Below, piece by piece: positions 26,547 to 35,600 of a stretch of 64,000 bases of DNA. How positions within the stretch are numbered: position 1 is the first letter of the stretch; each line of letters starts with the position of its first letter. This DNA comes from Candidatus Methylacidiphilales bacterium (GTDB lineage Bacteria > Verrucomicrobiota > Verrucomicrobiia > Methylacidiphilales > Verrucolacustridaceae): the NCBI GenBank assembly GCA_044348085.1, contig JBIKTM010000005.1, forward strand, positions 14,563 through 78,562, written 5' to 3'. The notes under the pieces were generated by a model. That model saw only the letters and a list, made by a program, of their open reading frames with translations. It was not told the DNA's origin and ran no database searches. Position numbers and translations under genes: made by a program.

Positions 26547-27782
26547 ATGGCCAAAGAGATCACCATGCCCGCTTTGAGTCCCTCGATGACCGAGGGCGTA
26601 TTGGCTAAGTGGCATAAAAAGGTCGGCGATACCATCAAACCTGGGGAAGTGATCGCCGAGGTCGAGACCGACAAAGCGACGATGGATCTCGAGGCGTACG
26701 ACAAGGGGACTATTTTACAGATTTCCGCTCCTGAAGGTTCCAAAGTGGCGATCAACGGACGGATCGCCATCGTCGGAGAGCCTGGAGAAAAGGTGGATTC
26801 GTTCAGCGCCCCGGCTCCAGTGGCCTCCGCCGCCCCAGCCACTAAGGCTGCGACGAGCAGTTCTCCGGCTCCCGCAGTTGCAGCGGCTCCTGTCGTGGCA
26901 CCTGCGAACGTGGGGCGGGTGAAGATTTCGCCTTTGGCCAAGAAGGTGGCTGCAGAGAAGGGGGTGGATGTAACCCGGGTGGCGGGCACAGGTCCAGGAG
27001 GAAGAATTGTTCGTCGGGATGTGGAAGGGGCCGGCAGTGGTGCGGGGCGTGTTTCCGTTGGAATTTTTGGTGGGAAGCCGATCGCGCAAGATGGGGTTCG
27101 TCCGGTTTCGCAGATGCGGGCGGCGATCGCCCGTCGTTTGGTCGAGAGCAAGACCACCGCTCCCCATTTCTATGTCGAACGTGAGGTGGATGCATCTCCG
27201 CTTGCAAAATTACGGGCTTCGGCGAATGCCGCACTCGAAATGGCAGGCGAAAAGTTGAAGCTGAGCGTGAATGATTTTGTTTTGAAGGCGGCGGTGGAGG
27301 CACTTCGGAGAGTTCCGGGGGTCAACTGCTCGTGGGAAGGATCTTCCATCCGGCAACATGGGGCGGTGCATCTGGCCTTTGCGGTGGCGTTGCCCGATGG
27401 ATTGATCACACCAGTGATCCGTAATGCCCATGCGAAGGATTTCCGGACGATCGCCCGGGAGGCCAAGGATCTCGGGGCGAAAGCGAAGGCCGGAAAGTTG
27501 CAGCCCGAGGAGTACACGGGCGGAACCTTTACCGTGAGTAATCTTGGAATGGTCGGAGTAGAGAAATTTTCGGCGATTTTGAATCCCCCACAGGCGGCGA
27601 TTTTGGCGGTGGGGGCAACAGTCAAAAAGCCGGTGGTAGCTTCGAACGGGGCGATTGTTCCTGGTGAAAGAATGAGTCTGACCGTTTCGGCCGATCACCG
27701 GGTGGTGGATGGCCTGATGGCGGGAGAGTTTCTCAAAGCGCTGGTAGAAGTGTTGGAGAGTCCTGGCGTACTTTTGATGTAA
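26547..27782 (+). CDS. pdhC: Dihydrolipoamide acetyltransferase (pyruvate dehydrogenase E2)
   Basis: Lipoyl domain MPALSPSMTEG..EVETDKATM, E3-binding domain (ISPLAKK..GTGPGGRI), catalytic DHRVVDG. Confidence 0.92.
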   Translation: MAKEITMPALSPSMTEGVLAKWHKKVGDTIKPGEVIAEVETDKATMDLEAYDKGTILQISAPEGSKVAINGRIAIVGEPGEKVDSFSAPAPVASAAPATKAATSSSPAPAVAAAPVVAPANVGRVKISPLAKKVAAEKGVDVTRVAGTGPGGRIVRRDVEGAGSGAGRVSVGIFGGKPIAQDGVRPVSQMRAAIARRLVESKTTAPHFYVEREVDASPLAKLRASANAALEMAGEKLKLSVNDFVLKAAVEALRRVPGVNCSWEGSSIRQHGAVHLAFAVALPDGLITPVIRNAHAKDFRTIAREAKDLGAKAKAGKLQPEEYTGGTFTVSNLGMVGVEKFSAILNPPQAAILAVGATVKKPVVASNGAIVPGERMSLTVSADHRVVDGLMAGEFLKALVEVLESPGVLLM

Positions 27783-27791
27783 GGGAAATTT

Positions 27792-29180
27792 ATGGCGACC
27801 TATGATCTGGCAGTTTTAGGTGGAGGCCCGGCCGGCTACGTCGGGGCGATCCGTGCGGCTCAACTGGGCAAGAAGGTTATCGTCATCGAGAAGGAACGTG
27901 CGGGTGGAACCTGCCTGAACTGGGGATGTATTCCCTCGAAGTCTCTTCTCAAGAATGCCGAGGTTTATCAGCACATCCTGCACGCTGAGGAGTACGGGAT
28001 CACCACAGGGAAGGTCTCCTTTGATTTTGCCAAAGTGATCGGAAGAAGCCGAAACGTTTCCGACCGGATTGCGAAGGGAGTCGAGTTTCTTCTGAAGGCC
28101 AAGAAAGTGGATTATTTGGTTGGGGAAGGAAAGTTGGGGACAGACCGCAAGATCAAGGTGAAGACTGCCGACGGGAAGAGCCAGGTGATCGAGGCGACGA
28201 ACGTTATGTTGGCGACCGGATGTCTGCCGAGGGTCCTGCCCGGGATGAAGGTGGACGGCAAGGTGGTGATGACCAGCCGCGAGGCTTTGGAGATGAAGAA
28301 ACAGCCCAAGAGCATCATTATTCTTGGAGCGGGAGCGATCGGAGTGGAGTTTGCTTATTTCCTGAATTCGTTTGGCACCAAGGTGACCCTCGTTGAGATG
28401 AAGTCGCGGGTTTTGCCAATCGAGGATGAGGAGATTTCCGACATGTTGGGCAAGAACTTGGCCAAGCAGGGGATTGAGATTCTGACCGAGACCTCAATGG
28501 AAAGCGTCACCGCTTCTGCCTCCGGGGTGAAGGTGAAGTTGTCAGGGAAAAATGCCAAGACGATCGAAGCAGATGTGTTGCTCTGTGCGGTCGGGGTACA
28601 GGCCAATCTAGATGGGGCTCTGGATGCAGGTGTGAAGCTGGAGTTGGATCGTGGGTATGTGAAGACGGATGCCCGGTACAAATCCTCCATGGCTGGTGTT
28701 TTTGCGGCCGGGGATATCATTGGACCACCTTGGCTGGCGCACGTGGCCTCGTTTGAGGCGATTGAGGCGGTGAATGGAATTTTTGATGCCAAGTACCAGC
28801 CGAAGAAGGTTGGGGCTTTCCCAGGCTGTACCTACTGCCAGCCGCAGGTCGCGAGCATTGGACTGACCGAAGCCGCGGCGAAGGAAAAGAAGCTGAAGTT
28901 CAAGGTCGGCCGGTTCCCATATCGGGCGAGTGGTCGGGCAGTGGCAAGCGGCGATTCCGAAGGGATGGTGAAGATTCTCATTGGGGAACCGCACGGGGAG
29001 ATTCTCGGGGCGCATATCATCGGAGCTGAGGCGACTGAACTGATCGCGGAGGTGGGATTAGGAATGACCCTTGAGGCCACGGCAGATGAGATCGCTCAAT
29101 CTATCCACGCCCATCCGACATTGACCGAGATGATCAAGGAAGCGACCGAAGCGGCGGTCGGCCACGCGATCCATATTTAA
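27792..29180 (+). CDS. lpdA: Dihydrolipoyl dehydrogenase (E3)
   Basis: [38 protein letters not shown]. Confidence 0.97.
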   Translation: MATYDLAVLGGGPAGYVGAIRAAQLGKKVIVIEKERAGGTCLNWGCIPSKSLLKNAEVYQHILHAEEYGITTGKVSFDFAKVIGRSRNVSDRIAKGVEFLLKAKKVDYLVGEGKLGTDRKIKVKTADGKSQVIEATNVMLATGCLPRVLPGMKVDGKVVMTSREALEMKKQPKSIIILGAGAIGVEFAYFLNSFGTKVTLVEMKSRVLPIEDEEISDMLGKNLAKQGIEILTETSMESVTASASGVKVKLSGKNAKTIEADVLLCAVGVQANLDGALDAGVKLELDRGYVKTDARYKSSMAGVFAAGDIIGPPWLAHVASFEAIEAVNGIFDAKYQPKKVGAFPGCTYCQPQVASIGLTEAAAKEKKLKFKVGRFPYRASGRAVASGDSEGMVKILIGEPHGEILGAHIIGAEATELIAEVGLGMTLEATADEIAQSIHAHPTLTEMIKEATEAAVGHAIHI

Positions 29181-29210
29181 TCACGGCCTGCTGGACGTCG
29201 GGCCCTCCCC

Positions 29211-30005
29211 GTGATGATTCGCAAAGTTCCGGTTGCGCTGACCATTGCCGGATCCGATAACTCTGGCGGAGCTGGAATCCAGGCGGATCTAAAAACCTTT
29301 ACGCGCTTTGGGGTGTATGGAACGTCGGCTTTGACCTGTGTCGTGGCGGAGCATCCGGGAAGAGTTTCGAGAATCACGGCGGTTGAGCCAAGAATGGTGG
29401 CGGAGCAGATCAAGTTGGTCTTTGAAGCTTTTCCGGTGGGAGCGGTGAAGACGGGGATGCTGTTTTCGTCTGGAATCATAAGGCAAGTGGCGAAGCAGTT
29501 GGGAAAGAGAAGAGGGCTTAAGCTGGTGGTGGATCCGGTGATGGTGGCGACGAGCGGGGCGGCACTGCTCAAGCCGGATGCGGAGCGGGCGATGGCCAAG
29601 CTTCTGTTTCCCAAAGCGGTCTTGGTGACTCCGAATCTGGATGAGGCGGCCAGATTGGTGGGGAGGAAATTGAGAAATCCAGAGCAAGCTAAGAAGGCGG
29701 CCCGGGAGTTGGCAAAAAAATGGAAAGTGCCGTTTCTGGTAAAGGGCGGGCATCTGATGTTGGCGAAGGCGGAGGATTATCTGGCTTGGCCGAACGGAAA
29801 GTTGAAAACCTTCTCAGCGGTACGCTGTAAGGGGGTCGAGACGCATGGGACGGGGTGCACCTACTCGGCAGCGATCTGTGCTGGATTGGCTCAAGGGCTT
29901 TCTTTGGAAAAAGCTGTAGGGAAGGGAAAGAAGTTCGTCACGCGAGCAATTCGGGGCCATCTCAAATTGGGTCGGTATACGCCTTTAAATCATCTGAAAG
30001 CATGA
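29211..30005 (+). CDS. thiD: Hydroxymethylpyrimidine/phosphomethylpyrimidine kinase
   Basis: [52 protein letters not shown]. Confidence 0.96.
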   Translation: MMIRKVPVALTIAGSDNSGGAGIQADLKTFTRFGVYGTSALTCVVAEHPGRVSRITAVEPRMVAEQIKLVFEAFPVGAVKTGMLFSSGIIRQVAKQLGKRRGLKLVVDPVMVATSGAALLKPDAERAMAKLLFPKAVLVTPNLDEAARLVGRKLRNPEQAKKAARELAKKWKVPFLVKGGHLMLAKAEDYLAWPNGKLKTFSAVRCKGVETHGTGCTYSAAICAGLAQGLSLEKAVGKGKKFVTRAIRGHLKLGRYTPLNHLKA

Positions 30006-32302
30006 AGACGAATTGGCCGATGCGTCGGCCTCTGTTTCCAGTGGCGGTGGCAGGATTGGTGGGAACGGTGATGGGTTTAGGGTGGGGACAAATTCCATGG
30101 ATTTGGCTTGGGGTAGCTGGAGTTGGATCGGTGTTCTCTTGGTGGGGTCCAAAAAAGTGGAGAACGCCTGCGACCTGGCTCTTTGTTCTTGGGGTGTTTG
30201 CTCTTTATGCGGGGGCTCGGGCCTATGCTCCGCCCCGGGAATCGTTGAAGGCGCGGGCTGGGCAGGAGGGTGGGACAGTGGAGGTCGAAGGTTGGATCGC
30301 TGAATTGCCGACGGAACGAATTTGGGAAAACGGGGGAAAAGCGATGGAGACCGAAATGGAGGTAATCTCTCTTTTTGGGGAAACAGGTTGGGAGAGGACA
30401 AGTGGCAGGGTGTTGTTACGAGTGGATCCGTCTCCAGAAAAAATGCCCAAGGTGGGAAATGTTGTTCGGCTAGTGGGATATCTGACTTTACCGGAAAGGC
30501 CGATGAATCCAGGGGAGTTTGATCGGGTTCGTCACCTGCAATCCAGGGGATTGGATTATATTCTTAAGGTCCGAACCCAAGATTTGGAAATAGTCGGGGA
30601 TCAAAGGGGAGTTTGGTTGGCACGAATGGCAGCGGGATTACGGTCGCATATGATACGGTCGACATCATTGGGATTGCAGGAGGATTCGGAAGCTTCGGGG
30701 TTGATTGCGGCAATGTTGTTTGGTTATCGAGATGGGGTGGGCGAGGAATTGAGGGAGGCTTTTCGCGCAACCGGTACGTTGCATCTGTTTGCTGTGAGTG
30801 GACAGAACCTAGCGGTGGTAGCGGGAATGTTGCTGTGGATTCTGGCACTGACGGGAGCGGTGAAGTGGAGATGGGCGTGGATGACTTTACCGGCGGTGTT
30901 TCTCTTTTGTTTGGCGACGGGGATGGAGGCGAGTGCAGCCCGGGCCTTTGTCATGACTGGGGTGCTTTATCTGGGGTGGATCTTGGGTAGGCCGATGGAT
31001 CCTGCAAACTGGCTGGGGGCGGCATTAATAGGATTGATGATCTGGGATCCGCGCCAAGTGGAAGATGTTGGGTTTCAGCTTTCATTTTTAGTCGTAGCTG
31101 GGTTGATGGTTTTTGCGGCTCCGATTCAAGCGAAGCTGGTGGGTTGGGGTAGGCCAGACCGGTGGATACCGAATCGGCTGGTGAGCGTCTGGAGGAGGGC
31201 GTGGTATCGAGTTTGGTCGACATTGGCAACACTTGTCGCTGCCTCGGTTGCGGCGTGGTTGGGATCGGTGTTGCCTGGGATCGTTCTGTTTCATCAGATC
31301 ACGCCGGTGGCTTTGGTGGCGAATGTGGTGGCGGCTCCGATTGCGGGAGCGGTTACTGTCTTGGCGGCGGTATCTTCGATGATGGCGCCTTTCTTTTCCG
31401 TGGGGGCGATCGGGATGAATCTTTTAAATGCCCGGTTGGTCCATTTGCTGGCGGGGGTGTTGGGGTGGATGGCGACTTGGCCAGGAGGCCATTTTTCCGT
31501 GGCGGATCCGAGAGTGTGGTTCGAGAATGGGCCGGCATTAGAGATTGTGGCTGTGGAGGGAGCTGCGCCCACCTTGGTGACAGGGGAAGGAGGTAAATGG
31601 TTGATTGAAACTGGATCCAAGATGGCTTGGGCCAATTCTGTAAGACCATTTCTGAATTATTATGGGGTGAATCGGTTGGATGGGGTGATGTTAACGGCGG
31701 GTTTGGCAAAACGATCGGGTTCCGCACAGGAGTTATTGGGGTCGATGCCCATTGGGTGGTGGGGGGAGTCCGGTATGGGTGGGAGATCAGGAGCTTTAAA
31801 GCAGTGGAGAATGGAGATGGTGGAAAGAAAAGAGGGGAGAAGGTTTTTCGGTGAAGGGGATCGTGCAGATTTGGGGAAAGATTGGACAGCGGAGGTGCTT
31901 TGGCCGCCGGACGGAAGCGCATCAGGAAGGGCAGAAGAGGATGGGTTGGTTATGATTCTAGAGTGTGGAGAGGCACGATTGCTTTGGGCCGGGTCAATTC
32001 CAAGGGGTGTGGAAAAGAAACTGGTGGAAAGGTATGGGGAGAAGTTGAAATCGGGTGTTCTTGTACAAGGACCCTCCAAGGATGTGAATCTTACGTCAGA
32101 ATGGTTGCGGGCTGTTCGTCCGAACTATTTGGTCCGTTCGTGGAAAGCTCTAGAGGATGATCCTTCCCTCTCGGTCGACTTGGATCAAATTTCAAAAGAA
32201 ATCGGGATGACCCTTGTGAAGTTAAAAGAAAGCGGGGCGGTCCAGTTGCGGCCCGAGCCTCAAAATGGAGGTTGGGCAGTCAGGAAGTGGCGACCGGAGT
32301 AA
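30002..32302 (+). CDS. comEC: ComEC/Rec2 DNA-uptake membrane channel
   Basis: NPGEFD, TGTLHLFAVSGQN, GFQLSF, multiple TM helices, C-terminal metallo-beta-lactamase-like domain; ATGA overlap with thiD. Confidence 0.9.
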   Translation: MKTNWPMRRPLFPVAVAGLVGTVMGLGWGQIPWIWLGVAGVGSVFSWWGPKKWRTPATWLFVLGVFALYAGARAYAPPRESLKARAGQEGGTVEVEGWIAELPTERIWENGGKAMETEMEVISLFGETGWERTSGRVLLRVDPSPEKMPKVGNVVRLVGYLTLPERPMNPGEFDRVRHLQSRGLDYILKVRTQDLEIVGDQRGVWLARMAAGLRSHMIRSTSLGLQEDSEASGLIAAMLFGYRDGVGEELREAFRATGTLHLFAVSGQNLAVVAGMLLWILALTGAVKWRWAWMTLPAVFLFCLATGMEASAARAFVMTGVLYLGWILGRPMDPANWLGAALIGLMIWDPRQVEDVGFQLSFLVVAGLMVFAAPIQAKLVGWGRPDRWIPNRLVSVWRRAWYRVWSTLATLVAASVAAWLGSVLPGIVLFHQITPVALVANVVAAPIAGAVTVLAAVSSMMAPFFSVGAIGMNLLNARLVHLLAGVLGWMATWPGGHFSVADPRVWFENGPALEIVAVEGAAPTLVTGEGGKWLIETGSKMAWANSVRPFLNYYGVNRLDGVMLTAGLAKRSGSAQELLGSMPIGWWGESGMGGRSGALKQWRMEMVERKEGRRFFGEGDRADLGKDWTAEVLWPPDGSASGRAEEDGLVMILECGEARLLWAGSIPRGVEKKLVERYGEKLKSGVLVQGPSKDVNLTSEWLRAVRPNYLVRSWKALEDDPSLSVDLDQISKEIGMTLVKLKESGAVQLRPEPQNGGWAVRKWRPE

Positions 32303-32309
32303 GTGAAAG

Positions 32310-32951
32310 TCAGGGTTGCAGAGGGCAACCGGCGGTGGGGGCTTGGGGAATTCCCGAGAGGCCTGGCAGGTCAGGAGAGAGAGGGGGGAGTTGGAGTCGG
32401 GAAAAGAGATCGTTCAAACCGGCCAGAGAGATTCCGGGCCAGATGGCAGAAACCAGGCCATCCGGTTGGGCGAGAATGAAGCATCCGGATTTGGTAATTC
32501 CCAAGCGGTGGCCGAGCTGGGAATAGGGATCCCGGAGGGCCGGAAGTTCTTTTCCGGTTTTTGTCATGAACTCATGAATCTGGTCCGGTGTTCCCGCGAA
32601 AAGAAAAAACCAGGTGGCTTTTGTTTTAGTCTTTTCCATCGCAACGGCGAAATATTTCGCAAACTCGAGACTGCAGTCGCAGTCGTGGGAAAAGAAAACG
32701 AATACCACGGGCTTTTCTTTGGGGAGTGAGGGCCATGGGACGACCTGGCCATCCATTCGATATAGGACGCTCTGGTGGATGTTTTGACCTGTCGATTGGT
32801 TAAGGGTTTGTAGGTCGGAAGGGGGGGAGGGATGACGGCGTGAGATCTTTTCGTTGGGAGCGGTGGGGGGGTTGGAATCGGGTCGGGTAAGCCCGTAGAT
32901 CAAGGCAGCCAGAGCGACGAGAAAGAGGGCGATGGGCCAGGGGGATTTCAC
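32310..32951 (-). CDS. Membrane-anchored thioredoxin-fold (AhpC/TSA/redoxin-like) protein with CxC motif
   Basis: N-terminal TM, KPVVFVFFSHDCDCS, LRDPYSQLGHRLGIT, C-terminal GCPL. GTG 32951 preferred to TTG 32981. Confidence 0.7.
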   Translation of the reverse strand: MKSPWPIALFLVALAALIYGLTRPDSNPPTAPNEKISRRHPSPPSDLQTLNQSTGQNIHQSVLYRMDGQVVPWPSLPKEKPVVFVFFSHDCDCSLEFAKYFAVAMEKTKTKATWFFLFAGTPDQIHEFMTKTGKELPALRDPYSQLGHRLGITKSGCFILAQPDGLVSAIWPGISLAGLNDLFSRLQLPPLSPDLPGLSGIPQAPTAGCPLQP

Positions 32952-32956
32952 GGGAA

Positions 32957-34369
32957 TCAGTGGGAGGGCATGGCGATCCAAGGAGGGACAACACTTCCCT
33001 GTATCCAGCCATTGCGGCGACGGACTTCATCCTCCGTGAGGCGGGGATCTTTCAGATAGATGTAGTAGTCGTCCTGCCTTTCGAAGAGGTCGCCTTTGGC
33101 TTCCCGGGTTTCGCTGACCACCATAGTACTGGTGATCCGAATGTGGAAATAACCACGGATCAGTTCATCATACTTTGACGGAAGCAGTCTGAATTGAAAG
33201 GGGATGAGGGTTTTAGTTGGGATAACTTCCCGGATCTTTGTGTCGGACCCCTCGGGAGTCTCATGAGGAACGGAATCCCAACGCCCGTTGGCCTGATAGA
33301 AAACACGGATGGAAGGGCCAAGGATAAAGAAGCGACGGGATGAGTCATAGTTTTGGAGGAACAGATTCGCACGGACATTACCGTCGCCATTGGCATCGAA
33401 GGAGTCCACATCGGCCCGGAGTTGGCGAAAGGCGATTTCCTCAGTGATGCGTTTCTTTTCCTGTTTCGCCCAAAGTTGGCGTCCTTGTGACCAGGCGATG
33501 ATCCGGTCAGTCGAGTAAAGGAGTGACGCTCCCAAAAGCAGGGTACCCAGAAAGAACGAGGCTGGCCCCCGCCAATCCCCGACGGGTGCGGGTTGGGGGG
33601 GGTCTTGGGTCGCCAATCCTTTGGGGGGTTTTTCGAAAACCGGCCCCTGCCTTTCGATCAGGGAAGAGCGAACAGGTGTGGCGGAGGGTTTTTCCGTGAG
33701 AGCTAATTGTCCAGCAGACATCTGGAATACTCGATCGGCAAGCGAGGCGAGTTGGTCGCCATGGGTGACGGCGAAGATCGCGAGTTTCCGTTCGTCCCGA
33801 AGTTCTTGAAGTACTTTGAGAATTTCTTCCTCAGCCAAGGGATCGAGATTGCTGGTTGGTTCATCCAATAGGAGAAGGGCGGGTCCATATTGGAGGGCGC
33901 GGGCCAGGGAGACGCGACGCTGTTGTCCTCCGGAAAGTTCATTGGGAAAGGAATCCCAACGTTCTCCCATCCCCAGACGGGTCAGAAGTTTTTGGGCCCG
34001 GGAGTAGGCCTGATGTTGGGATTCGCCGGTAAGCAGCCCCGGTAGGGCGGCATTATCTAGGGCGGTGAGTCCGGGAAGAAGAGAGTTGGTTTGGAGCATG
34101 AAGCCAATTCGGCGGGAGCGGAGTTGGGCAAGTTTTCGGGGGGAGAGTTGGAGGAGGTCCGCTCCCTCAAGGTGGAGTGTGCCCTGGTCGGGTCGGGCGA
34201 GTGCTCCCAAGAGGGCCATCAGGGTGGATTTTCCCGAACCGGAACGACCACAGACGGCGACGAATTCACCCGGCTGGATTTCTAGGGAAACCTGGTGGAC
34301 AGCGGCGATGGAACCCCGTCGGGCAGGATAGATCCGGCTGAGATTTTGGGCGGAGAGGATAACGCTCAT
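32957..34369 (-). CDS. ABC transporter ATPase (LolD/MacB type) fused to a TM helix and an extracytoplasmic domain
   Basis: Walker A GRSGSGKS, LSGGQQRRV, Walker B LLLLDEPT, then a linker, a hydrophobic helix and about 180 aa ending WIAMPSH. Confidence 0.9.
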   Translation of the reverse strand: MSVILSAQNLSRIYPARRGSIAAVHQVSLEIQPGEFVAVCGRSGSGKSTLMALLGALARPDQGTLHLEGADLLQLSPRKLAQLRSRRIGFMLQTNSLLPGLTALDNAALPGLLTGESQHQAYSRAQKLLTRLGMGERWDSFPNELSGGQQRRVSLARALQYGPALLLLDEPTSNLDPLAEEEILKVLQELRDERKLAIFAVTHGDQLASLADRVFQMSAGQLALTEKPSATPVRSSLIERQGPVFEKPPKGLATQDPPQPAPVGDWRGPASFFLGTLLLGASLLYSTDRIIAWSQGRQLWAKQEKKRITEEIAFRQLRADVDSFDANGDGNVRANLFLQNYDSSRRFFILGPSIRVFYQANGRWDSVPHETPEGSDTKIREVIPTKTLIPFQFRLLPSKYDELIRGYFHIRITSTMVVSETREAKGDLFERQDDYYIYLKDPRLTEDEVRRRNGWIQGSVVPPWIAMPSH

Positions 34370-35595
34370 TCGTTATTCTCCCGGAGAAGTTGGTAGACCT
34401 CACGGCCCGCAAGACGCCAGGAAGGAAGCAGGGCGCCGAGACCGGCGACCAGAGAGCAAAGGATGAGGCTCAGGAGAGCGGCAAAAATCTGGGAGGAGAA
34501 AGAGGGGAGTTCGAAGGTGATTCCGCGGGAGGTGAGGAGATATCCGAAAGTTCGGACGAAGACGGCCAGTCCGGTGGCACCCAGGAGAACGCCAAAAAGA
34601 GCACCCAGGAAAGCGCAGAGGGCGGCTTCCATTGCCAGCCACAAGGAGAGTCCCATTCGAGAAAGGCCCATAGCGAGGAGTAGTCCGAGTTCCGCTTTTC
34701 GTTCAGCCACGATCCCGGCGTAGACGACAAGAATGAGAAGTCCGCCCATCCAAAGGCCAACGATGGTGAATGCGATCGAGCCGGTTAGTATGGTTCGGAT
34801 CGATTGGCGGACCTGAATTCCGAGTCCAGATCCGCTAATGACCTGAACTTCAGGAACAGAGGAAAGGGCGAAACGGACATGTCCCGCCCCGGCGCCGGGC
34901 GACAAGCGAAGGAGAAGGGCAGAGGCGGAGCCGCTGACCGGAAGGGTTCCGAATGTTTGGACTCCGTGGGATCTGGATTCATTCGCAAGTTCGTCCACGG
35001 TAGAAAAAGATCCAAAGACTGATCGTTCTGTGGGGCCCACACCCGTTAGGTCGAGTTTTCCCCAGACGACCAAACTTTTTCCAAAGAAATTCATGGTTGA
35101 GCCCAAGGGTTCTGGTCGGCGTCCACCGATGAGGACATCGCCTTGGGAGAACGGGCGGGGCAGGTGTTCTCTGATCCAGGGTTGTAAGGTGAAATCAGTG
35201 GAAGGATCGAAGGCGATCAGGTCGGTTTCGCCATGGCCTTCATCCGAGGGGATGGAGAAGTGGCGTTGGAGGGAGACTTTTTCCAGCCCGGGGAGAGTTT
35301 CGATTTGTTTAAAAACCGATGGGTCAAGTTGAGGGGCGTTGGGTTCCCCCGTGAGAAGGGCGGCGGTTAGGTTGTGGGTAGTTCCTTTGGAGAGGATGAG
35401 AAGATCGGCCCCCAGACGGTCGAGGGAGGTTTCGAGTCCACGGCGAATCGAATCTCGAACGACCAGAGTGAGAAAGATCGAAGCGGAACCGATGGCGACG
35501 GCGAGTGCTAGAAGGAGGTAGCGACCGGGGCTTCGTCGGGTCTCCTGGAGGACCAGACGAAATCCTAAGGGGAAAAGGTGGAATCCGTGGGGCAG
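34366..35595 (-). CDS. MacB/FtsX-family ABC permease (start codon non-canonical or lost)
   Basis: Hand translation shows the frame open from 35613 to the stop at 34366. The N-terminal TM segment RRSPGRYLLLALAVAIG..LDRLGADLLIL lies upstream of the ORF-track TTG (35106). CTG 35595 taken as provisional start. Confidence 0.8.
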   Translation of the reverse strand: MPHGFHLFPLGFRLVLQETRRSPGRYLLLALAVAIGSASIFLTLVVRDSIRRGLETSLDRLGADLLILSKGTTHNLTAALLTGEPNAPQLDPSVFKQIETLPGLEKVSLQRHFSIPSDEGHGETDLIAFDPSTDFTLQPWIREHLPRPFSQGDVLIGGRRPEPLGSTMNFFGKSLVVWGKLDLTGVGPTERSVFGSFSTVDELANESRSHGVQTFGTLPVSGSASALLLRLSPGAGAGHVRFALSSVPEVQVISGSGLGIQVRQSIRTILTGSIAFTIVGLWMGGLLILVVYAGIVAERKAELGLLLAMGLSRMGLSLWLAMEAALCAFLGALFGVLLGATGLAVFVRTFGYLLTSRGITFELPSFSSQIFAALLSLILCSLVAGLGALLPSWRLAGREVYQLLRENNE

Positions 35596-35600
35596 GGTGG

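Noticed and set aside
29181-29213. TPP riboswitch upstream of thiD
   Set aside because: The spacer is only about 30 bp and lacks the CTGAGA core.
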